Source: an uncultured Nitrospirales bacterium (GTDB lineage: Bacteria; Nitrospirota; Nitrospiria; Nitrospirales; NS-4). Taken from it: a stretch of DNA of 64,000 nt. Shown here in pieces: positions 25,652 to 33,489 of this stretch. Location of the stretch: assembly GCA_964472655.1 (NCBI GenBank), contig CAYYLQ010000012.1:5124-69123 (forward strand). Reading direction: 5' to 3'. Below the pieces are notes generated by a model, which saw only the letters and a list, made by a program, of their open reading frames with translations, was not told the DNA's origin and searched no databases. Made by a program: the position numbers and the translations under genes. Position 1 is the first letter of the stretch. Each line of letters starts with the position of its first letter.

Positions 25652-25831
25652 ATGGAAACGGTGAGCGTGATGGTGGTGATCTTCCTGCTAGGCGGGTTCC
25701 TTCGCCGCTTGAGCGGCGACCGCGACCGGGCGCGCCGGTTGGGGCCCGGAATGCCGGCCAGCTTTCTGTATTTCACGGGAAGGCGGTTGGTGATCTCCAA
25801 GCGCACCCATGCACATCCGCCGGAGGAATAG
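25652..25831 (+). CDS. Small membrane protein (59 aa), paralogue of 30991..31152
   Basis: Starts at an internal ATG of track ORF 25613..25831. N-terminal TM, a basic linker, and a conserved 'GPGMPASFLYFTGRRLVISKRT' shared with the second copy. Weak SD. Confidence 0.5.
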   Translation: METVSVMVVIFLLGGFLRRLSGDRDRARRLGPGMPASFLYFTGRRLVISKRTHAHPPEE

Positions 25832-25843
25832 GGAGGAAGGGAT

Positions 25844-26227
25844 ATGGAGAAAATGGAGCCGATCAACAGGGCTGGAGGGACGATGGTTCGCGAGCGTCGG
25901 AAGGCGCGGCGCTACCACCTTCTGACGCGCGTGGATATCCTCGCGGCCGGTGACGCCAACGTCTATTGGGGGAGCATGAGCAACCTGAGCTGGACCGGCG
26001 TAGCTCTCTGCGCCAAGCAGTACCTGAAACCGGGCCAGACGGTCACGATCCGCTTCCGGTTCCACGGTGAGGAGGGATGCGAAACGACGGAATCGCTGAC
26101 CGCGCAGGTCATCTGGCGGAACGGCGACAACACGGGGCTGGAATTCGCTCCGCCGCTGACCACCGGTTCCCCCACGCTGCGGCAGGCGTCGTTTCTTGTC
26201 GAGTATCTCATGATGAAGGAATCGTGA
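25844..26227 (+). CDS. PilZ-domain protein (c-di-GMP receptor motifs), copy 1
   Basis: 'RERRKARRY' (RxxxR) and 'SNLSWTG' (D/NxSxxG). GGGAGGAAGG lies before ATG 25844. Confidence 0.8.
   Translation: MEKMEPINRAGGTMVRERRKARRYHLLTRVDILAAGDANVYWGSMSNLSWTGVALCAKQYLKPGQTVTIRFRFHGEEGCETTESLTAQVIWRNGDNTGLEFAPPLTTGSPTLRQASFLVEYLMMKES
25883..26227 (+). repeat. Direct repeat copy 1 (345 nt, PilZ coding)
   Basis: Aligns without gaps to 32880..33224, with identical runs of 38 and 34 nt (hand-checked). Confidence 0.85.
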
Positions 26228-26254
26228 CGGTCATCGGCAGGGTCGAGGCGCACC

Positions 26255-27664
26255 TTAATCCTGAGACGGGTCGCGTTGAGGCGCCTCCACGGGGGAGGCC
26301 GCTTTCTCTTCCTTGGCGTCTCCGGGGTGGAGGCCGTGTTTCCTGAGCAGCTTGTAGAAGTCGGCGCGGTACCGGCCGGCGATCTGGGCGGCGCGCGAGA
26401 CGTTGCCGCCGGTCAGTTGTAAGACTTCCTTCAGGTATTCCCGCTCGAAATCCTCCCGGGCCTCGGTGAGAGGCTTCACCTGGTTCTCCGCAGGCTGGCT
26501 GACGGCAGGAAGCAGATCGGCCGTGATCATGTCCTGCGTGGAGAGGACCACAGCTTTTTCAATCGTGTTCTCCAGCTCGCGGACGTTGCCGGGCCAGCGG
26601 TGGAGCATCAGCTTCTGCATGGCCTCCGGCAAAAACCCCCGGATGTCCTTGCGCATCCGTTTGGTGCTCTGTTTCAGAAAATGCTGGGCCAGCGGCGGAA
26701 CATCGTCCCGCCGTTCCCGGAGTGGAGGGACAACCAGCGGAACGACCTGGATCCGATAGTAGAGATCCTCCCGGAACGTCCCGGCCCGGACCGCCTGTTC
26801 GAGATCCTTGTTCGTCGCGATGATGATCCGGGCGTCGATCTTCGTCGGGCGCTCGGCGCCGACCTCCAGGACTTCGCGTTCCTGGAGGGCGCGAAGGAGC
26901 TTGGCCTGCAGGGCCAGGGGCATTTCGCTGACCTCGTCCAAGAAGAGAGTCCCCCCGGCGGCGCTCTGAAAGAGCCCGCGTTTCGCATACTGGGCGCCGG
27001 TGAACGCCCCCTTGACGTGACCGAAGAGTTCGCTCTCGAAGAGGGTTTCCGGGATAGCGCTGCAGTTCAGCGCGACGAACGGTCCCCGCGCCCGCGGGCT
27101 GTTGCAGTGGATCACGCGGGCGATCACTTCCTTGCCGGTGCCGGTCTCGCCGGAGAGGCAGACCGTGGCGTCGGTCTCGGCGATGCGCGCGACCTGTTGG
27201 AGCAGGGTCCGCATCTTGGCGCTTCGGGCCACCACGTTTTCCAGTCCATAGAGTTCCGCGACCAGCGAGCGGAGCCGCTCGATCTCGCGGCTCATCCGTT
27301 GCTGAGCCAGGGCCTTCCCGATCACGATCTTGAACTCCCTGTCGTCGAAGGGCTTCGTGAGATAGCCGTAAGCCCCTTTTTGCATGGCCTCGACGGCATT
27401 GGGGATGCTCCCATGGGCGGTGAGGATCAGGATCGGCAGGGACGGATGGATGAGCAGGAGTTCCTCCATGACCGTCAACCCATCCCGGTCCGGGAGCCGG
27501 AGGTCGGTGACGGCCAGGTCGAAGACCTCCCGCTTGGCGACGTCGATGGCCTCTTCGCCGGTCGCGCAGGCGGTGACGGCGAAGCCCATGGCCGTCAGGC
27601 GCATCTTGAGGAGCTGGAGCAGGCCCTGATCATCGTCCACTACGAGTATGCGTTCCTGTGCCAT
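26255..27664 (-). CDS. Sigma-54-dependent response regulator (REC + AAA+ EBP + Fis-type HTH)
   Basis: 'ILVVDDD...DLAVTDLRLPD' receiver domain, Walker A 'GETGTGKE', 'GAFTGA', and C-terminal 'GGNVSRAAQIAGRYRADFYKLLRKHGL'. ATG 27664 is preceded by GAGGA. Confidence 0.9.
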   Translation of the reverse strand: MAQERILVVDDDQGLLQLLKMRLTAMGFAVTACATGEEAIDVAKREVFDLAVTDLRLPDRDGLTVMEELLLIHPSLPILILTAHGSIPNAVEAMQKGAYGYLTKPFDDREFKIVIGKALAQQRMSREIERLRSLVAELYGLENVVARSAKMRTLLQQVARIAETDATVCLSGETGTGKEVIARVIHCNSPRARGPFVALNCSAIPETLFESELFGHVKGAFTGAQYAKRGLFQSAAGGTLFLDEVSEMPLALQAKLLRALQEREVLEVGAERPTKIDARIIIATNKDLEQAVRAGTFREDLYYRIQVVPLVVPPLRERRDDVPPLAQHFLKQSTKRMRKDIRGFLPEAMQKLMLHRWPGNVRELENTIEKAVVLSTQDMITADLLPAVSQPAENQVKPLTEAREDFEREYLKEVLQLTGGNVSRAAQIAGRYRADFYKLLRKHGLHPGDAKEEKAASPVEAPQRDPSQD

Positions 27665-27672
27665 CGGTATCC

Positions 27673-28269
27673 TCAAGGATGACTGTCTTTGTCGGCCGCG
27701 GACGGCATTCTGGTCGGCGGCCGCGTGGGCCGGCTCTTTTCTTTCATTTCCTGATCGATCCGTTTCAGCGCATCAAGCTGTTGCGTCAATTCTTCCACCT
27801 TTTTGTCCCGCGCCTTCACCTCGCGTTGGAACACCAGAGCCGACGAGAACTCCAGATCCAGCAAGTCACGAACGAGGCGGTCCGTGGCCTCGGCGAACGC
27901 ACTATGCTGCGCGAAAAAGATCGGAGGATTTTGCAAGAACTGCAGCCAGAACTGGCTTGAAGCGGCCAGGCGGCTTTGGGGAGCCACGGCGATGACGTCC
28001 TGGAAGTGCTTGGCCGCGACCGTTTGGTCTTCGTACAGGGCCACCAGCGCGCGGGTGAAGTGCGCGCGGTCACAGATGTGGGTTTCGGCGCAGGCGGCCA
28101 GCGAGGCGTCCTGCTCGCGGGCCAGGGCCTGGTAGCGCTGAGCGTCGCGCGGGTCCAGGCTGAAGAGAGGAGCGGACGGAATAGGATGGCTCCGCAGCGG
28201 CGCGCAGGCTCCCGTGCTGGCGATGAGCGCCAACAGGAACCCTCCGATCCATGGTCCCTCGAGTCTCAT
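27673..28269 (-). CDS. Lipoprotein with coiled-coil C-terminus, embedded between kinase and regulator genes
   Basis: Starts at an internal ATG (aa 124 of track ORF 27673..28638) that overlaps the kinase stop (ATGA). Lipobox 'LIASTGAC'. Confidence 0.65.
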   Translation of the reverse strand: MRLEGPWIGGFLLALIASTGACAPLRSHPIPSAPLFSLDPRDAQRYQALAREQDASLAACAETHICDRAHFTRALVALYEDQTVAAKHFQDVIAVAPQSRLAASSQFWLQFLQNPPIFFAQHSAFAEATDRLVRDLLDLEFSSALVFQREVKARDKKVEELTQQLDALKRIDQEMKEKSRPTRPPTRMPSAADKDSHP

Positions 28270-29807
28270 GCGTTGCCTCCCGAGCGCGCCAGGGGAAGGA
28301 TGAAGCGAACCGCCGTGCCTTTGCCGAGGTCGCTTTCGACCCAAATCTGTCCCCCGTGCGCTTCGACCACTTTCTTGGCCAGCGCCAACCCGAGACCGCT
28401 GCCGGCCACGGCAGGCCGCGCTTGCATGCGTCCTTGGTAGAAACGCTCGAAGATATGGGGGAGGTCTTCGGCAGAAATCCCCGGCCCCGTATCCGACACG
28501 GAGATCCGGATGACGCCTGTCCTGGCGTCCGGCTCCATGTGGAGGTTGACCGTCGCCCCTTCCGGACTGAACTTGAGGGCGTTTGAAAGAAGATTGTCCA
28601 GAACCTGTTCGAGCCGGGGACCGTCGGCCGGAACCCACAATCGTCCGGGCGGAGTCTCGGTCAGGATCCGGATGCGCTTGCCCTCCGCCAACAGCCGGAC
28701 CTTGTTCACCGAGGTCTCCGCAATACGCGTCAAGTCGGTGGGGGCGATCCGGTATTCCATCATCCCGGCTTCCATCTTCGAGAGATCGAGCAGGGTGGAG
28801 ATCAAGTGGATCAATCGCTCGCTGCTGTCCATGATGATCCGGAGCGTCTCGCGCTGTTCCTGGCTCAGGGGGCCGGGCACCTCATCCAGAAGGAGTTGCG
28901 TGCCTTCCCGGATGGAGGCCAGCGGGGTGCGCAACTCATGGGAGACATGCGCCAGAAACTCGGCTTTCATGTCGTCCAGCTCCTGGAGTTTTCTGGCCAG
29001 CCCGTTCACGGTGTCCACCAGCTCTCGCAGGTCGTAGGGCGCGGCGACGTCCACGGACTGTCCGAACTGTCCCTGACCGATCCGTCGGATGTGCTCCTGC
29101 AGCTGACGCAAGGGATACAGAATGCTGTAGGTCGCGATGCCGGCCAGACCCAATCCGAGAAGGATGGCCGCGATCACGAGTTGTTGCGTCATGATTTCGG
29201 CGCGGGCCGACCGCGCACGAGAGTCACTGACAAGCGCGCCCACCCGTTCCTCGTGCAGGTTGACATAGGCGTCCAGCGCCGCGGTCATCCGGACCATGAG
29301 CGTGTCCCGCTGCACCTCGTAGCTGACCGGCTTGGGGTTGTGGCTGGAGCGTCGATCGGCCGCGCCGTGGAATAGAGTCTCGTATTCCTGGTGGAGTCGC
29401 TCGAGCCCTTTCAGGAGTCGCTGCGTGTCGGCGGCGGATTCCTGCTCCAGCAGGGCCGCAAGCGTCCGGCGAAAGTCCTCCGCTTCCCCGTCGAAATCGC
29501 CCAGAAAAATGGGATCGGGAACCGCCAGGTATTTCTTCTCGCTCCGGAGCTGGGTCATGAGACTGGCGAGGAGGCGCTTGGCGGTGTCAATGGCGGGGTA
29601 GTGATAGGAGACCAGTTCCGTGCTTAAGACCGTGAGTTGCTGGAGTTGGTTGAGCGCGTAGAAATTGACCCCCGCCATGACCGCGATGATGGCTAGGCAG
29701 CTGAGCGCCAATCGCCAGAAGATCGAAAGCTTCACCGAAGGCCTTCCTTTTTCGAAGGAAACCTTTGAATCAACCCGGCTAGTTTTCCCTACTGTAGGAG
29801 AATCCAT
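28266..29807 (-). CDS. Sensor histidine kinase (2 TM, periplasmic helical sensor, HAMP, HisKA, HATPase_c)
   Basis: H-box 'FLAHVSHELRTPL', N-box 'LDNLLSNALKFS', and G-boxes 'DTGPGI' and 'GSGLGLA'. Confidence 0.9.
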   Translation of the reverse strand: MDSPTVGKTSRVDSKVSFEKGRPSVKLSIFWRLALSCLAIIAVMAGVNFYALNQLQQLTVLSTELVSYHYPAIDTAKRLLASLMTQLRSEKKYLAVPDPIFLGDFDGEAEDFRRTLAALLEQESAADTQRLLKGLERLHQEYETLFHGAADRRSSHNPKPVSYEVQRDTLMVRMTAALDAYVNLHEERVGALVSDSRARSARAEIMTQQLVIAAILLGLGLAGIATYSILYPLRQLQEHIRRIGQGQFGQSVDVAAPYDLRELVDTVNGLARKLQELDDMKAEFLAHVSHELRTPLASIREGTQLLLDEVPGPLSQEQRETLRIIMDSSERLIHLISTLLDLSKMEAGMMEYRIAPTDLTRIAETSVNKVRLLAEGKRIRILTETPPGRLWVPADGPRLEQVLDNLLSNALKFSPEGATVNLHMEPDARTGVIRISVSDTGPGISAEDLPHIFERFYQGRMQARPAVAGSGLGLALAKKVVEAHGGQIWVESDLGKGTAVRFILPLARSGGNA

Positions 29808-29840
29808 ACAGGACCAGTCAATTGTAAATCAATAAGATCC

Positions 29841-29860
29841 GGGTTTTCACGTGGAAACCC
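29841..29860. promoter_or_regulatory. Near-palindrome, candidate enhancer (UAS) for the sigma-54 activator
   Basis: GGGTTTTCAC/GTGGAAACCC (one mismatched pair) lies about 100 nt upstream of the -24 element at 29953. A second inverted repeat, AATGTCCC-N17-GGGACATT, sits at 29913-29945. Confidence 0.3.
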
Positions 29861-29952
29861 TGAATACAACGTCCTTCAGTGTACACCTTCCTGACGCCGG
29901 AATTGGGCTGACAATGTCCCCCATCATGTTTGAATGAGGGACATTTCTGCTA

Positions 29953-29968
29953 TGGCCTCCGCCTTGCT
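29953..29968 (+). promoter_or_regulatory. Sigma-54 (-24/-12) promoter
   Basis: TGGCCT-ccgcc-TTGCT, with GG and GC at canonical spacing, about 100 nt upstream of ATG 30069. Divergent from the kinase operon. Confidence 0.55.
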
Positions 29969-30068
29969 CACAAGCAAAAAAGACGTATGCCAGGAGCCTG
30001 GTGAAGGTTCTGCCCGGGGGGTTAGCCGGCGACGGCATGAAAGAAATGAAGAGAAAGGAGGCTCTGCG

Positions 30069-30404
30069 ATGAAGATACTCGTCGTCACACTGTTCAGCTT
30101 GGCGTTGGTGATGGGCCTGGTCGTTACATCCAGCCACGCTGCTTCACCCAACCAGACCGATCCGACCCTCGCCAAGTTTGTCGGCGGCACGGTTGAGGGG
30201 ATTGATCCGATGCAGAAAATCGTCAGCGTCCAATCCGAAGAAAAAGGCGAAGTGCGGCTCCTCGCATTTACGGATGCCGAAATGGTGAAGGGACTGACCA
30301 AAGGGGATCGTGTGGTGATCGAGCTGGACGAGCGTGGCATGGCCAAGAAGATAGTCAAGGCAGAACCTTCTTCAAACGGCACGCCCGATTCGACGAAGAA
30401 TTGA
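30069..30404 (+). CDS. Small secreted protein (111 aa)
   Basis: Starts at an internal ATG after AAAGGAGG (7-nt spacer). Signal peptide MKILVVTLFSLALVMGLVVTSSHA. The upstream part of the track ORF overlaps the sigma-54 promoter. Confidence 0.6.
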   Translation: MKILVVTLFSLALVMGLVVTSSHAASPNQTDPTLAKFVGGTVEGIDPMQKIVSVQSEEKGEVRLLAFTDAEMVKGLTKGDRVVIELDERGMAKKIVKAEPSSNGTPDSTKN

Positions 30405-30433
30405 GCCGGCCCTTTGCAGAGCGAAAGGAGCGA

Positions 30434-30724
30434 ATGATACCGGAGAACAGCTGGCACCCGTGGAGGATGACGACCGTCGGTCTGTTGCTGGTAGGCGCGA
30501 CGGTCTTCGTGACCACGCTGGTGATGGGATACCGGAACAGTCTGCAGGAGGCCCCGACGCCACGGGCGACGATGCACTCGTCCGGCTCGGTCCGGAAGGC
30601 CTCGGTGCCGAGCCAGAGCGATGTGGATGCGTGCAAGGCTTACGCCCAGCAGCGCTCGGGGGCGGGGGGCGATACCGAATACCGGACCGCCTACCGTTCC
30701 TGCATGCGTCAGAAAGGGCACTGA
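30434..30724 (+). CDS. Single-TM protein with Cys-containing C-terminal domain (96 aa)
   Basis: ATG 30434 lies after AAAGGAG. TM segment 'TTVGLLLVGATVFVTTLVMG'. No family recognised. Confidence 0.5.
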   Translation: MIPENSWHPWRMTTVGLLLVGATVFVTTLVMGYRNSLQEAPTPRATMHSSGSVRKASVPSQSDVDACKAYAQQRSGAGGDTEYRTAYRSCMRQKGH

Positions 30725-30739
30725 AGGAGGTGAGGGAGC

Positions 30740-30928
30740 GTGGAACAATTGGTTGACGGGCTGCAACTCGTGGGCTTTTTAGTGGTGGGCGTAACCGTCC
30801 TCGCCGCCCTGGTGGCGGGCGTCATCTGTATCGCGGTCTTCCTGTACATGACCGATCGGAAGATCGTGATCGTCCAGGGCCAGCTGCGTCCCCATGAGAC
30901 CGATGTGCCCGCTGAAATTCGATCGTGA
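30740..30928 (+). CDS. Small TM protein (62 aa) carrying the 'FLYMTDRKIVIV' motif
   Basis: GTG start after GAAGGAGG. One long hydrophobic helix followed by the motif shared with neighbouring small proteins. Confidence 0.45.
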   Translation: MEQLVDGLQLVGFLVVGVTVLAALVAGVICIAVFLYMTDRKIVIVQGQLRPHETDVPAEIRS

Positions 30929-30990
30929 GGCAGCGCGTTGATTGGCGCGGTCGTGGGGAGTCCCGTAAGCAAGGCTTTTGGAGGAATGAG

Positions 30991-31152
30991 ATGGAGGACA
31001 TAGGCGCGTTCTTTGTCTTCGCCGTTGCCATGGGCGTCGTCCTTCGCACGGCGGTCAGGGGCAAACGGACGCGACGGCGGGGGCCGGGAACGCCGGCCCG
31101 TTTCGTTCACTTCACGGGCCGGCGGCTCAGAATCATCACGCGAACCGACTGA
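30991..31152 (+). CDS. Small membrane protein (53 aa), paralogue of 25652..25831
   Basis: ATG 30991 lies after GGAGGA (5-nt spacer). 'GPGTPARFVHFTGRRLRIITRT' aligns with copy 1. Confidence 0.55.
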   Translation: MEDIGAFFVFAVAMGVVLRTAVRGKRTRRRGPGTPARFVHFTGRRLRIITRTD

Positions 31153-31592
31153 TGAGCTCGAGGAGGAAACCGATGCGAACGATGATGCGACGGACAGTGT
31201 TCGTGCAGGTGTTGATATGGACCTTGGCCGTGACGACCCTTCTGACCGGGATTGTTCCGCCGGACGCCCGGGCGATGCTGGCCCCGCCCACGGCGGCCGG
31301 TGAGCCGGGCGCCGGCCTGAATCGAGCCGTTGATCTCCAAACGGTGCAGAGCGCCTTGGAGACCAAAGTGGTCAGTCAACGATTGGCGGACTACGGCTTG
31401 AACCAGGAGGAGATCAGCGCGCGCGTGAATCGGTTGTCGGACGCCCAGTTACATCAACTGGCCACGCAAATCGACGCGATGATGCCCGCCGGTGATGCGG
31501 GCTTTGGCATCGTGATCGCGCTGCTGGTTATCGCGATTCTGGCAGTCATTCTGATCTATCTGCTGGACCACCGAATCGTGATCACGAAGTAG
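31152..31592 (+). CDS. PA2779-family-like protein (N-terminal signal/TM, C-terminal TM)
   Basis: 'RLADYGLNQEEISARVNRLSDAQLHQLATQIDAMMPAGDAG' followed by a C-terminal TM matches my recollection of the PA2779 family. It lies adjacent to a C39-like peptidase. Confidence 0.65.
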   Translation: MSSRRKPMRTMMRRTVFVQVLIWTLAVTTLLTGIVPPDARAMLAPPTAAGEPGAGLNRAVDLQTVQSALETKVVSQRLADYGLNQEEISARVNRLSDAQLHQLATQIDAMMPAGDAGFGIVIALLVIAILAVILIYLLDHRIVITK

Positions 31593-31612
31593 CGGCGACG
31601 ACCACATCCACG

Positions 31613-32239
31613 ATGCGAGGACGAACCATGTGTACAGGGCGCCGGGGGATCGGTCGAGGGGCGGCGAGGCTGAGCGTGAGCATATGGAGTCTCGTGATGG
31701 TCCTCGGGTGCGCGGGTCCGCCGCTTGCGGACCGCGCGACTGGCGTCCCGACGCAGTCTGAAGCGTCCGCCCACCGAGTCGCCGTGCCGTTCTTCCCGGA
31801 CGATACGGACCAATGCGGGCCCGCGGTCCTTGCCAGCGTTCTGACCTATTGGGGTTTCAGAACCGACCCCGTGGCGTTGAAGGAAGAAATCTATCTGCCG
31901 CGGCTGAAGGGCACCCTGCCGCTTGATCTCCTGTTGGCCGCGCAGGCGCGAGGCCTTGAGGCCGAAATCTATGAAGGCGGGCTCAACGATCTGAAATCCG
32001 AACTGGAAGCCGGCCGTCCGCTGGTGGCGTTGCTGGACCTGGGATTCGCAATCTTTCCTCAAGGCCATTACGTGGTGGTGACCGGCTATGACGACCGGCG
32101 CCAGGGCGTGTACGTCCACTCGAGCCTGGAGCAGGACGTGTTTATTCCTTACGAGCGGTTCCTCCGGAGCTGGGACAAGACCGGCCGGTGGACCCTCCTG
32201 GTGTCGCCGCCTGAAAGCCGTCTTCGGAGTCACGCATGA
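31613..32239 (+). CDS. C39-like (PA2778-type) cysteine peptidase lipoprotein
   Basis: Lipobox 'VMVLGCAG', catalytic-type 'QCGPAVLASVL', and 'GHYVVVTGYD'. Confidence 0.8.
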   Translation: MRGRTMCTGRRGIGRGAARLSVSIWSLVMVLGCAGPPLADRATGVPTQSEASAHRVAVPFFPDDTDQCGPAVLASVLTYWGFRTDPVALKEEIYLPRLKGTLPLDLLLAAQARGLEAEIYEGGLNDLKSELEAGRPLVALLDLGFAIFPQGHYVVVTGYDDRRQGVYVHSSLEQDVFIPYERFLRSWDKTGRWTLLVSPPESRLRSHA

Positions 32240-32835
32240 GCAGACGAAGACCGTCGTGGGGGGGAGCGCTGCTGCTGATGGCTTTGCTGGGAAGCGTGCC
32301 GGCCTGTTCGAGCCTTCCACGGATTGTGATCCTGCACGATCCGTTGACGCCCCAAGAGCACGTGACGCTGGGGGAAGCGTATCAGGCGCAGGGCGATCGG
32401 GAGATGGCGGGGCGAGAATTCGCGATCGCGTTGCGTCAACGGCCGGAATACGTCCCGGCCCTCATCGGGATAGGCAACCTTTCGTTTGAACGGGAAGCGC
32501 TGGAAGAAGCCGAAGCGTTCTATCGGCGGGCTTTGGATGCCGCGCCTGATCATCCCGGCGCCAGCAATAACCTTGCGATGGTGTATCTGGCGCGCGGCGA
32601 TCGGTTGGATGAGGCGGAACGGATGGCCCGCAACGCCTTGGAACGTGGAGGTTCCCTCCGACCCTATGCGCTGGATACCTTGGCTAGGATTTACATGCTG
32701 CAGGGACGCTACCGTGAGGCCCGGCGTGCTCTCACACTGGCCGAAGCGATAGTTCCTCCGGAAGACACCCATTTTCACCAGTGGCTGAGCCGGTCGCGCC
32801 GCGAACTGGCCGCCGTTTATCCGTCGGACGAATGA
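32236..32835 (+). CDS. TPR-repeat lipoprotein
   Basis: The ATG overlaps the peptidase stop (ATGA). Lipobox 'LGSVPAC'. TPR units such as 'LGEAYQAQGDREMAGREFAIAL' and 'EAEAFYRRALDAAP'. Confidence 0.8.
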   Translation: MSRRRPSWGGALLLMALLGSVPACSSLPRIVILHDPLTPQEHVTLGEAYQAQGDREMAGREFAIALRQRPEYVPALIGIGNLSFEREALEEAEAFYRRALDAAPDHPGASNNLAMVYLARGDRLDEAERMARNALERGGSLRPYALDTLARIYMLQGRYREARRALTLAEAIVPPEDTHFHQWLSRSRRELAAVYPSDE

Positions 32836-32849
32836 GGAGGGCACAAAGC

Positions 32850-33224
32850 ATGGAGCCAGCGAGAAGGACCGTAGGGACAATGGTGGGCGAGCGTCGGAAG
32901 ACGCGGGGCTACCACCTTCTGACGCGCGTGGATATTCTGGTGGCCGGTGATTCCAACGTTTATTGGGGGAGCATGAGCAACCTGAGCTGGACCGGCGTGG
33001 CTCTCTGCGCCAAGCAGTACCTGAAACCGGGCCGGACGGTCACAATCCGTTTTCGGTTCCATGGCGCGGAAGGACGCGAGGTGACGGAATCGCTGGCGGC
33101 GGAGGTCATTTGGCGGAACGGCGACAACACGGGCCTGGAATTCACCCCGCCGTTGGCCACCGGTTCTCCGGCTCTGCAGCAGGCACCGTTTCTTGTCGCA
33201 CATCTCATGATGAAAGGAGCGTGA
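32850..33224 (+). CDS. PilZ-domain protein, copy 2
   Basis: 'GERRKTRGY' and 'SNLSWTG'. 94 of 114 aligned residues are identical to copy 1 (hand count). Confidence 0.8.
   Translation: MEPARRTVGTMVGERRKTRGYHLLTRVDILVAGDSNVYWGSMSNLSWTGVALCAKQYLKPGRTVTIRFRFHGAEGREVTESLAAEVIWRNGDNTGLEFTPPLATGSPALQQAPFLVAHLMMKGA
32880..33224 (+). repeat. Direct repeat copy 2 (345 nt, PilZ coding)
   Basis: See 25883..26227. Confidence 0.85.
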
Positions 33225-33235
33225 CGAACGTGGAT

Positions 33236-33451
33236 ATGAATTTAACCATGGAGCGACCGAAGCTTTCGACCGTGCAGGAGGTAGCCACCTACTTGGCCGT
33301 CAACAAACGGACCGTCTATCGCCTGCTGAAAGACCGCCGGCTGCCTGCTTACAGAGTCGGCGGACAGTGGCGATTCAAGCTGGAGGTCATCGAAGACTGG
33401 ATGCGCCGGCAGGGCGACCTGAAACACAGAAAGGCTCTCGCCAACGTTTGA
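33236..33451 (+). CDS. Excisionase-family (MerR-superfamily) HTH DNA-binding protein
   Basis: 'LSTVQEVATYLAVNKRTVYRLLKDRRLPAYRVGGQWRFKLEVIEDWM' is the canonical excisionase-type HTH. The start may instead be 33230 (GTG) or 33248. Confidence 0.8.
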   Translation: MNLTMERPKLSTVQEVATYLAVNKRTVYRLLKDRRLPAYRVGGQWRFKLEVIEDWMRRQGDLKHRKALANV

Positions 33452-33489
33452 AGTGCAAGTGCGACGGTCCGGGATAGAGCAGGAGAGTC

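Noticed and set aside
25613-25953. Alternative frames over the first small ORF (25613 start; 25618..25953, 111 aa)
   Set aside because: The 25618 frame runs across the PilZ start and has no paralogue. The 25652 frame is supported by the conserved second copy at 30991.
29934-30068. 5' extension of ORF 29934..30404 (MRDISAM...)
   Set aside because: It overlaps the sigma-54 promoter and inverted repeats. A strong SD and a signal peptide begin at ATG 30069.
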